From the sequence record PQ464595.1: a stretch of DNA of 64,000 nt. One strand, 5' to 3'. A program made the position numbers and the translations under genes. Under the pieces are notes generated by a model. It was given only the letters and a program-made list of their open reading frames with translations. It was not told the DNA's origin and made no database searches. Below, in pieces: positions 10,987 through 18,006 of the stretch; position 1 is the stretch's first letter; every line of letters begins with the position of its first letter.

Positions 10987-11030
10987 AAGAATCTATATAT
11001 TATTAACCGTGTTAATGCAGAAAGATTCTT
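10987..11030 (-). ncRNA. CAGCAA module E2 (minimal variant, CTGCAT)
   Basis: AAGAATCT-TTCTGCA-TTAAC ACG GTTAA-TAATATAT-AGATTCTT. Confidence 0.55.
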
Positions 11031-11079
11031 TGTTCTGTTCAGAATTTTTATTCATATCAAACCTGCCTGAACATCACTT

Positions 11080-11155
11080 TGCGGTCGTGCTTGGACTCGA
11101 ACCAAGATAAAAGAGTTAACAGCTCTCCGTAATTAAACCTTTATACGACACAACC
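11080..11155 (-). tRNA. tRNA-Asn(GTT)
   Basis: Cloverleaf, loop CTGTTAA, G73. Confidence 0.92.
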
Positions 11156-11174
11156 TTTTGTTTTTCTTACTTAT

Positions 11175-11203
11175 ATTATACCACATTATTTTGTGGCGTT
11201 TCA
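11175..11203 (-). promoter_or_regulatory. TGAAACG-class promoter
   Basis: TGAAACG-N16-TATAAT. Confidence 0.75.
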
Positions 11204-11212
11204 TCTTTTTTC

Positions 11213-11713
11213 TTAATTTTCTAAATTAAGTTCTTCATGAATTTCTCGATGACAGTTAGCACAGACTAACATACATTTATCTAATTCACTTTGAATCAGT
11301 TCCCATGAACGAGTAATACCTTCATCTGAAATACCAAAATCTTTTTGATTTGGGTCTTTATGATGGAAGTCTAACGCAGCTATTGATTTGTCATAACCAC
11401 ATCGTTCACATTTACCGCCAAGATATTCAACGGCTTTTATCTTTAATCGTTTACGATGTTCTGTAACTCCTTCAGAATTACATTTCATACATACACGCTT
11501 ACCGTCGGTTCTTTGTGAAAATTCAACATTGTGTTTTAAACATATTGAAGACTCACGTTGAATCATTATATGAGTTTTTAAACTCAAATCTTTGAAATAC
11601 TTCTTCATTGTAGTTGCTGATACATTACAAGTATTAGCAATCTGTTGAATAGTACTTCCACGTGAAATCATTTCCTGAACTACACGATTATCAATTTCAA
11701 GTTTTCTGCTCAT
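11213..11713 (-). CDS. HNH endonuclease (probable free-standing homing endonuclease) with N-terminal HTH
   Basis: CERCGY...LDFHH..P...C..VCANCHREIH motif. Confidence 0.9.
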   Translation of the reverse strand: MSRKLEIDNRVVQEMISRGSTIQQIANTCNVSATTMKKYFKDLSLKTHIMIQRESSICLKHNVEFSQRTDGKRVCMKCNSEGVTEHRKRLKIKAVEYLGGKCERCGYDKSIAALDFHHKDPNQKDFGISDEGITRSWELIQSELDKCMLVCANCHREIHEELNLEN

Positions 11714-11730
11714 AATTCACTTAAAAATAC

Positions 11731-11792
11731 TGGAATCCATTTTGATTTTTCAATTAACAGTTGATTTCATTTATGGTTGCTGCTGGATTCCA
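11731..11792 (-). ncRNA. CAGCAA module E3 (free hairpin)
   Basis: TGGAATCC-AGCAGCAACC...AAAAATCAAAAT-GGATTCCA. Confidence 0.75.
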
Positions 11793-11816
11793 AATCCGGT
11801 TTTGTTCAATTAAAGC

Positions 11817-11871
11817 TAGAATCTATTTTTGTTTTCTATATCCGAGAAGTTTTAATTGCTGGTAGATTCTA
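11817..11871 (-). ncRNA. CAGCAA module E4 (free hairpin)
   Basis: TAGAATCTA-CCAGCAA...AAAACAAAAA-TAGATTCTA. Confidence 0.75.
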
Positions 11872-11879
11872 AATGAGTA

Positions 11880-11987
11880 CAAATTGAGTTTACAGAAGTC
11901 CTTCCAAGGGACTAATACGTATTCTATTCTGACCTTAATAGGATAACATGCTATCCGTGTCACACCATAGTACGCCTGGTGAATTTG
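11880..11987 (-). ncRNA. candidate multi-way-junction RNA
   Basis: Closing CAAATT/AATTTG with hairpins CACCA/TGGTG, GGATA/TATCC, CTATT/AATAG, AGTCC/GGACT. Confidence 0.5.
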
Positions 11988-11995
11988 ATTAATAC

Positions 11996-12110
11996 TGGAA
12001 TTTATTTCGTTTTAGGCGGCTGCTCTCCCAACTGAGCTACAGTACTAGTACTGACAGGACTCGAACCTGCGACATGCTGCGTGATAGAAGTTAGTTGCTG
12101 TTAAATTCCA
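11996..12110 (-). ncRNA. CAGCAA module E5 carrying a circularly permuted tRNA domain
   Basis: Order: stem, ACAGCAA, anticodon 3' half, T arm (GCAGG TTCGAGT CCTGT), closed acceptor CAGTACT-AGTACTG, D arm (GCTC AGTTGGGA GAGC), stem. Confidence 0.8.
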
Positions 12111-12392
12111 AATTTTGTTTTAAAGATACGGATTATAGTTCGGATCACTAAAAATATTGTACTCTTTATGTTTACCATCCACAATAGTGTAGAAAGTAAA
12201 GTTCACAGAGTTATATGATTTACGGTCATTTTCTAAGTATATTGAAGTACTAGAACCGCCGATATTCACACGACTCACAACATAATAATGATCAGAATCT
12301 AACGCTAATGCGTTTATTCTATCACTTTCGTAACCAGCTTTAAGCTCAGTTACTTTAGCATATAAAATATCCATATCTTTCCTAATTAATAC

Positions 12393-12529
12393 AAGAATTC
12401 ATCGTTTATTGGATAGCCGTGTCTACCTATTTCACCATCACTATTCAGTACTGACATAGTTCGTAGGACTCGAACCTACACGCCATAAGGCCGCTATTTG
12501 GGTTAACATTTAGTTGCTGTTGAATTCTT
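12393..12529 (-). ncRNA. CAGCAA module E6 carrying a circularly permuted class-II (Leu-like) tRNA domain
   Basis: Variable arm, T arm GTAGG TTCGAGT CCTAC, acceptor closed by a TCAGTACTGA hairpin, D arm GTG AAATAGGTAGA CAC, GCTAT/ATAGC stem. Confidence 0.78.
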
Positions 12530-12541
12530 TAATTTACTACT

Positions 12542-12617
12542 TAGTGGGAATAGCTGGACTCGAACCAGCGGCGACTCGATTATCGGTCGAGCATTCTACC
12601 AACTGAATTATATTCCC
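12542..12617 (-). tRNA. tRNA-Ile(GAT)
   Basis: Cloverleaf; loop CCGATAA (C33 instead of U33); 3' CTA. Confidence 0.88.
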
Positions 12618-12870
12618 ATTTAATGCCTGTTACCAGGCATAATCACCAGTGCCGATGTAACATGCTTTGTTACAATGACCACTCATTGCGTCAAGTACAT
12701 CGTTCAGTTCTTCAAAGCGAGGATCTTTTTCATCCATTTCAAAGAACACATAAGTCAGTGCTTGGTACAAATCAATGTTATTTGGACGTTCGTTTGCGTC
12801 AACAAACTTACGAACCGCTTCGTGCATATTAGCACTATTCAGAATTTCATCTACGATGGTTTCCATAATA

Positions 12871-13329
12871 TCACCTAAAAGGATATGGTACAATGTTATG
12901 ATGTTCCCTAAGAAATTCTATGCTATGATTAACTTTCATCATATCTTCAAAGTACTTAACGAACTCGCGTAACCGTGTTACAAATTCGTAACTGAACGGA
13001 ACTTCTTTTAACGTACTTAACTGGAAGTGCCATTCCTCACTTATACTGTAAGGAAAACCATTGACTTTTAATATATCTTTATCGTCTTTATCCCAATAAT
13101 GTACGTTGAACCTGTTTGATAACAAGTCAACTACTATTGAAAGGGTGTTATCCTTTTCGTCCGACAAATAAAAATGAATTATCCCATCTCGTGAAGAATA
13201 ATGATCATTGTCATTAAAAACCACAGTATTAGATAATCCATCAATATTCGATCTACATCGTTCCGGTACATGTAATAACGAAAGGAAATATTCTTCTCCA
13301 ATTTCGTACAACACATTGTATTTGCTCAT
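12871..13329 (-). CDS. hypothetical protein, EEWxFQxST paralog family
   Basis: ISEEWHFQLSTL motif. Confidence 0.7.
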   Translation of the reverse strand: MSKYNVLYEIGEEYFLSLLHVPERCRSNIDGLSNTVVFNDNDHYSSRDGIIHFYLSDEKDNTLSIVVDLLSNRFNVHYWDKDDKDILKVNGFPYSISEEWHFQLSTLKEVPFSYEFVTRLREFVKYFEDMMKVNHSIEFLREHHNIVPYPFR

Positions 13330-13560
13330 TTAGAATGAATCCGGTTTTGCTACGCTCCGTACTGCCGACATGAAACCTTTTTGGAGGTCAGTCTTGGCAA
13401 TCGCCAGCCAACGTTTATCAATATCAGGATGATCTTCAAGTGCTTCGATCATATCTCCGACTTTAGCAGCTAAGTCCTTAATTGCGTTCATTGCATTAAT
13501 TTCTTGCTGATTAAGATCTCGATACCCTTTAATTTGTTTGTGTTGATTATCCATAATCAT
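13330..13560 (-). CDS. acb2: anti-CBASS cyclic-oligonucleotide sponge Acb2
   Basis: MDNQHKQIKGYRDL...RWLAIAKTDLQKGFM.AVR.VAKPDSF closely follows the Acb2 sequence as recalled. Confidence 0.92.
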   Translation of the reverse strand: MIMDNQHKQIKGYRDLNQQEINAMNAIKDLAAKVGDMIEALEDHPDIDKRWLAIAKTDLQKGFMSAVRSVAKPDSF

Positions 13561-13578
13561 TATCTCTCAATTAAATGC

Positions 13579-13636
13579 TGGAATCCACAAGGTCAAAGTA
13601 AAAGTTTGATTTTTGTGTGGTTGCTGGAGGATTCCA
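13579..13636 (-). ncRNA. CAGCAA module E7 (free hairpin)
   Basis: TGGAATCC-TCCAGCAACCACAC...GGATTCCA. Confidence 0.75.
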
Positions 13637-13878
13637 AATTCTTTATTCTACGTAGCCAATAAAGCCAACGTGTTCTTTAACAGTACTTTTCTTCTTAGTT
13701 TCTTCGTCATGAACTTCACGTTCAAAAACTACTGGTTCCAAAAGAACAACTGCTTTTTGTGCTCCGAAGATATTGCTAACTTGCTCGTCATTCAATTCTT
13801 CAGCACTAGTATGACGACGCAAAGCACCATCTACTTTGTAGTAGTAATCGTAAAACATTTTTTTCTTCCTTGTGTGAT

Positions 13879-13975
13879 TGGCGGTAAAGAGAGGATTTGA
13901 ACCTCCGAGGCTAGGGATTACCTAACCTGGCCGCTTTCCAGGCGACTGCATTAAGCCAAGCTCTGCCACTTTACC
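13879..13975 (-). tRNA. tRNA-Ser(GGA)
   Basis: Class II cloverleaf, loop CTGGAAA, G73, CCA. Confidence 0.95.
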
Positions 13976-14152
13976 TTTTAATATATTCCAAGTATTTATC
14001 ATTTAATACTTTATGTCTATAGCCACCCTTCTTTCTCAAGGACTTGATATAAAAGGTAGCTTTAGGATCTAATCCTTTGCTAATAAGATAATCTTTTTCA
14101 AATTCATCTTGTAGTTTAGACATGTATGACTCACTTGAGTAAATTAAAAAGC

Positions 14153-14212
14153 TAGAATCTATAATCTTTGTTTTCACCAATTGAATAAGAGTATGTTTGC
14201 TGTTAGATTCTA
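14153..14212 (-). ncRNA. CAGCAA module E8 (free hairpin)
   Basis: TAGAATCTA-ACAGCAA-ACATAC...AAAACAAAGATTA-TAGATTCTA. Confidence 0.75.
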
Positions 14213-14336
14213 TGCGAGAAAGGTTGGACTCGAACCAACGACCAGGCCATTAAAAGTGGATGAAGTATGGTTGCTGAGAAATTACATTACAGTAATTTTT
14301 GGGTTCTACCTGCTCTACCAACTGAGCTACTTTCTC
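14213..14336 (-). tRNA. tRNA-Lys(TTT) interrupted by a 49-nt CAGCAA insert (14260-14308) in the anticodon stem
   Basis: Deleting the insert gives the perfect arm GGCCA-CTTTTAA-TGGCC; acceptor, D and T arms are intact. Confidence 0.75.
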
Positions 14337-14344
14337 ATAAATTT

Positions 14345-14448
14345 TGGGGCAAGGAATGGAGTTGAACCATTTCCAGGATCAGTGGCATCTCCAGTGTTTT
14401 ATCACTCAGAAGACAATGCCCATTGGGTAATTAAGTTCCTCAAGCCTC
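14345..14448 (-). ncRNA. tRNA-like RNA: T arm plus acceptor-like stem and a long hairpin in place of the anticodon arm
   Basis: AATGG TTCAACT CCATT; GGCA/TGCC, TCTTC/GGAGA, AGTG ATAAAA CACT. Confidence 0.5.
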
Positions 14449-14524
14449 TACTAAGTTATAGTTCCCTATAGATGAATATAACGTTCGCTTTCTGCGGCCT
14501 CTAATGTGCCTATCCTTAATTACT

Positions 14525-14617
14525 TGGAGGAAGATGTGGGATTCGAACCCACGGAGGGCTATTAACCCCCGCCTGATTTCAAGTCAGGTACAATAAGCCA
14601 AACTCTGCCAATCTTCC
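14525..14617 (-). tRNA. tRNA-Ser(TGA)
   Basis: Class II cloverleaf, loop CTTGAAA, CCA; discriminator U. Confidence 0.93.
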
Positions 14618-14647
14618 AAAAAAGTACTTCACAGTACTTTGTACGCT

Positions 14648-14802
14648 GGATTCTCATTAATTGAGCAACTATCTAGCACGGCTCAATATAACTAATTACT
14701 ATCTCCCTAGTTACCAGGTGGACACGAAGGGAGTTTTACGTCCGAGTATCCAATCTCATTTATGATTGATTTTTAAGATTTTATGTGTTGCTGTCAGAAT
14801 CC
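14648..14802 (-). ncRNA. CAGCAA module E10 with a ~135-nt structured payload
   Basis: GGATTCT-GACAGCAA...AGAATCC; inner CTCCCT/AGGGAG, GGAC/GTCC (pseudoknot), ATTGAGC/GCTCAAT. Confidence 0.65.
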
Positions 14803-14831
14803 GAGTGCTAATTCGGTTTTAATTAAAAGAC

Positions 14832-14937
14832 AAGAATCGTTGTTTTCTGTCCCCACAACCAGTGGTAAATCGGAATTGAACCGAAGGTGTTTTTCGCCAA
14901 ATGAAATATAAAGAGTTATGTTTGCTGGACGATTCTT
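14832..14937 (-). ncRNA. CAGCAA module E11 with T arm and closed acceptor-like hairpin
   Basis: AAGAATCGT-CCAGCAA...TCGG TTCAATT CCGA...CCAC/GTGG...AAAACA-ACGATTCTT. Confidence 0.7.
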
Positions 14938-14938
14938 T

Positions 14939-15012
14939 TAGCGTTCCCAACGGGGTTCGAACCCGTGTTGCCTGAGTGAAAGTCAGGTATCCTACCGCTA
15001 GATGATGGGAAC
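14939..15012 (-). tRNA. tRNA-Glu(TTC)
   Basis: Cloverleaf, loop CTTTCAC, G73; 3' CTA. Confidence 0.95.
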
Positions 15013-15195
15013 AATTTTTATTCAGATTCTTTCAATGACCATTCTGTACTTTTATCGGTACTTTTGGTTACTTCAAAACCTAATTCGGACATTACTTCAG
15101 GAAGGTTATTGTTATCAATACCACTAAGGATATGACGAACGATTACCATGTTTTCTTCAGATGATGCCATTTTACTATCCTTTGTTGAAGGAACT

Positions 15196-15311
15196 GAAAT
15201 CTTTGTTTTTCTGGCCCCAAGCACAGCCTACATAGCAACGTGGCTGCTGCGGATTCGAACCGCACCGTTTTTTTCGCATAAAAAATATTGTTTTGTTTGC
15301 TGTAAGATTTC
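15196..15311 (-). ncRNA. CAGCAA module E12 with T arm, closed acceptor and mini D arm
   Basis: GAAATCTT-ACAGCAA...TGCGG TTCGAAT CCGCA-GCAGCC/GGCTGT-GC TTGGG GC-AAAAACA-AAGATTTC. Confidence 0.72.
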
Positions 15312-15328
15312 GTGTTGCTAATACTTTT

Positions 15329-15357
15329 ATTATACCACAAATATTTGATTCGTTTCA
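15329..15357 (-). promoter_or_regulatory. TGAAACG-class promoter
   Basis: TGAAACG-N16-TATAAT, directly upstream of E12. Confidence 0.75.
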
Positions 15358-15378
15358 AATATTTCTTAATTAAATTCA

Positions 15379-15500
15379 GGAATCTCGTTTTATCCAGCAC
15401 CAAGCTCCCACTATTTGAATAAGGCAGATGTTCGTGGGTGGGGAATTGAACCCCGTCGTTTTGTTTTCATCAAAAGGTTTAATTTTTGCTGTAAGATTCC
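15379..15500 (-). ncRNA. CAGCAA module E13 with T arm, closed acceptor and mini D arm
   Basis: GGAATCT-TACAGCAA...GGGG TTCAATT CCCC-CCCAC/GTGGG-AGC TTGGT GCT-AAAACG-AGATTCC. Confidence 0.72.
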
Positions 15501-15517
15501 GCTGCCTTATGTACTAC

Positions 15518-15546
15518 ATTATACCAGATTTTTTTGAGTCGTTTCA
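15518..15546 (-). promoter_or_regulatory. TGAAACG-class promoter
   Basis: TGAAACG-N16-TATAAT, directly upstream of E13. Confidence 0.75.
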
Positions 15547-15572
15547 AATTTTTCTGTATAATTTTCAGAAAC

Positions 15573-16259
15573 TTAATCACTTACATAAGTTTCTAATTTG
15601 TTCCTGAACTGTACACCATCTTGGCTGTACTGTTGTGTTAATTTCGGGTTTTGCGTGTTGTTCACATCGTTGATCATGATTGGTACAAAGGACACACGAA
15701 TGAACGTGCGTACCTGACCAGTACTAACCACAGGACGACGATGAAGAATGTACGGGTCTAAACAGTACACGACATTCTCTTTACAACGTTTTACTTCAGA
15801 CGTGATGTTCTGTTCCAGGAAATGGTTCACGTTATGTTTCAGTGGGTCAAAATCATCAGGAAACTTCACAGAAACATTGGTGTATTCTGTCGGAATACGA
15901 TTAGTCCAAATGTAGTTCTGTTCAGGAACGTGAGCGACCTTAGTACTGAAACCGTCAACATGCCATTCGTCATCAGTTACAGATTTAACAACACCGTGTC
16001 GTACAGTAATGTAGCAGTACTGCTTGTCACCGTCAACAGCATTTTTCTGATGATTAAGCGACTCTATCAATACTGGAGATAACCAACGGAGTTCATCTGG
16101 TATTAACAGATTCTCACCGTCAGCACATACACACATACGCAGAATGTATTGTTCATCGAAAGGACATACTACATCAACTTTCGATAACTCAATTGGTTCA
16201 ACATTGTTTTCAAATTCACTTACAGAAACATTACGCTTTGCTCGTTCAATGATACCCAT
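15573..16259 (-). CDS. putative 2OG-Fe(II) oxygenase-like protein
   Basis: WHVDG (HxD) ... ILHRRP (H) ... RTFIRVSF (R) spacing typical of the double-stranded beta-helix fold. Confidence 0.55.
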   Translation of the reverse strand: MGIIERAKRNVSVSEFENNVEPIELSKVDVVCPFDEQYILRMCVCADGENLLIPDELRWLSPVLIESLNHQKNAVDGDKQYCYITVRHGVVKSVTDDEWHVDGFSTKVAHVPEQNYIWTNRIPTEYTNVSVKFPDDFDPLKHNVNHFLEQNITSEVKRCKENVVYCLDPYILHRRPVVSTGQVRTFIRVSFVPIMINDVNNTQNPKLTQQYSQDGVQFRNKLETYVSD

Positions 16260-16295
16260 GATGTACCTCTCATTTAAAATAGGGCATTGCTGCCC

Positions 16296-16772
16296 TTAGT
16301 CCAGAACCACTTCTTCATCTGAGCTACGTTTAGTAGCCTGTTTCGGTGCGTCAGGAGATACCTGATTACCGGAAGTGCTGTCCAGTGATTTCTCAAGCTT
16401 GATAATACGCTTGAAGGTTTTAATGTCAGGTTTGTTACAAGCCCAATCTTTGCTATCATTCGCACCATAACGGTACAGATTGCCATAAGAGTAGTACTTG
16501 TTACCAACCCAAATTACACCTGCTCGTTGACCAGTTTCCTTATCGGTGAAGATAAGTTCCTTAGTTTCCCGGCGTACAGTCAGAAGACCAGCTTCGTACT
16601 TATCCATCAGAAGGTTCAACTTGATAGTTGCTTCTTCATTATAAGACAAAGATGACATTAAGAACTGAGCGGTTTTAAGACGTTCAGTACCCATAGATGA
16701 TGTAACAACCAACATCCACAGAATGAACAGTACTAAAGCTCCCAGCAAACCATACAATGCTATAGCAGCCAT
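16296..16772 (-). CDS. membrane-anchored hypothetical protein
   Basis: N-terminal TM helix. Confidence 0.7.
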   Translation of the reverse strand: MAAIALYGLLGALVLFILWMLVVTSSMGTERLKTAQFLMSSLSYNEEATIKLNLLMDKYEAGLLTVRRETKELIFTDKETGQRAGVIWVGNKYYSYGNLYRYGANDSKDWACNKPDIKTFKRIIKLEKSLDSTSGNQVSPDAPKQATKRSSDEEVVLD

Positions 16773-17396
16773 TTTTTCTCTCCAGTTAAGAGTTGATGAT
16801 TTCAGAAATAACCACTTCTTTCAAATCGTTGAAGTCCAACTGACGACCACGAATATCATAGATTAGGTTCGTTTGTAACTGACGCAACTTAGCGAGGTGC
16901 TTCGTTTCGTCTTTCGTTTTGTTCTCTTTCGAGTCCAGTTGATTGATTTCGGTGTTAACCATCATCAATTGACCTTTCAAGAGTTCAATACGTTTGTGTA
17001 GGTTTTTCAGTTCTGTAGCACTTTTCATGATACGTCTTCCCTATTACTTACTTAAAGATGCCGCTAACATCGTTAACGGCATAGGCTGGCAATTACTTGT
17101 GGTAACGTGCCTTTTGCTGAGCCTTACGGATTTCGTGAAGCTCAGTCTGTAACGACTTCTTCCAGTCCAGGAGATGTGCGTAGCAGATCTTTGGCTTATC
17201 GCTGTTAGCGAAAGGAGCCAGCAGTGCTTCTGCCTGAGCAATCTGGAACTGAATGTAGTTCACGTTGCGTTCTACTTCGCCAATATCAGTAATAGTGTTT
17301 TTAGCCATGTTTTGTAATGCCCTTTTCTTTATTCATAAGATAAGTACCTTCGACATGAAGTGTACCCGAAACGTTTTACATCCGTCGATGTGGTAC

Positions 17397-17425
17397 ATAG
17401 TACCGGAATCGTTAAGCCCTGTCAA
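17397..17425 (-). promoter_or_regulatory. sigma70-like promoter
   Basis: TTGACA-N17-TACTAT. Confidence 0.7.
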
Positions 17426-17443
17426 GGACTTTTTTTGAACTTT

Positions 17444-17944
17444 TTAATCTTGTAGACCGTAGTCCAGGATAACGAGTTCACCGTTGGCGTCTTCGCCCAT
17501 GTTCTCGAACCCTACGTCATACAGTATCTCAGAAATTTCGTCCTGAGTCAAGCCACTTTCTTTAAATTTTTTCGCAAAATTGTCGAATTTGACATTTTTG
17601 TGAATTTCGAGGAATTGTTCAAGGTTCTCTGGATAGTACTGAATAGCACATACCAGTTCGTTGATCAAATCTTCATATTCATCAGTAATGTTATCCATAA
17701 GGTTATATGGCTTAACACGTTCCATGATTATACGCTTTTCATTGCTGCTGTCAACCAGAATTTTACACAACGGTAGTTTAGCACCGTACTTAATGTAAGT
17801 TTCCAGTTCTACACGGCATTGTTCAACGCCCCACGAAGCCATTTCATTTTGGTCCTTCGCGATCTTGATTACCAGGTTATCATTGATTTCGTACACGGTA
17901 CGTGCCGCACCTTCATCAATGTACTTAAACGGAACATCACTCAT
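17444..17944 (-). CDS. protein-kinase-like fold protein
   Basis: GAARTVY, VIKIA (K), E helix, D...N (YDVGFENMG), DYG motifs. Confidence 0.6.
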   Translation of the reverse strand: MSDVPFKYIDEGAARTVYEINDNLVIKIAKDQNEMASWGVEQCRVELETYIKYGAKLPLCKILVDSSNEKRIIMERVKPYNLMDNITDEYEDLINELVCAIQYYPENLEQFLEIHKNVKFDNFAKKFKESGLTQDEISEILYDVGFENMGEDANGELVILDYGLQD

Positions 17945-17967
17945 TGGATTACCCTTTTAGCTCAATT

Positions 17968-17990
17968 AAAAAGGGGAACTAAGTTCCCCT
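17968..17990 (-). terminator. intrinsic terminator after the adhesin gene
   Basis: AGGGGAAC/GTTCCCCT hairpin followed by a U tract on the - strand. Confidence 0.75.
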
Positions 17991-18006
17991 GTTACGTATT
18001 ATGGTA

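Noticed and set aside
11036-11073. TGTTCAG/CTGAACA hairpin as another CAGCAA module
   Set aside because: Similar layout, but the core (GGCAGG) and stem do not match the consensus; too degenerate to call
10169-14212. CAGCAA hairpins as preQ1-I or SAM-I riboswitches
   Set aside because: The A-rich strand lies inside the stem rather than as a 3' tail, the SAM-I core is absent, and downstream genes are unrelated to those pathways
14345-14448. tmRNA
   Set aside because: The T loop resembles tmRNA, but the element is about 100 nt with no tag ORF, pseudoknot set or G3-U70 alanine determinant
14181-14471. 96-aa ORF over the interrupted tRNA-Lys; similar ORFs 6743-7003, 38976-39218 and 50462-50860 (5' part) over tRNAs
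   Set aside because: They overlap well-formed RNA genes and have no SD; they are incidental frames
10169-15500. CAGCAA repeats as a CRISPR or TIGR-type array
   Set aside because: Spacing is irregular, the units are self-closing hairpins with covarying stems interleaved with genes, and no cas or Nop-domain gene is visible
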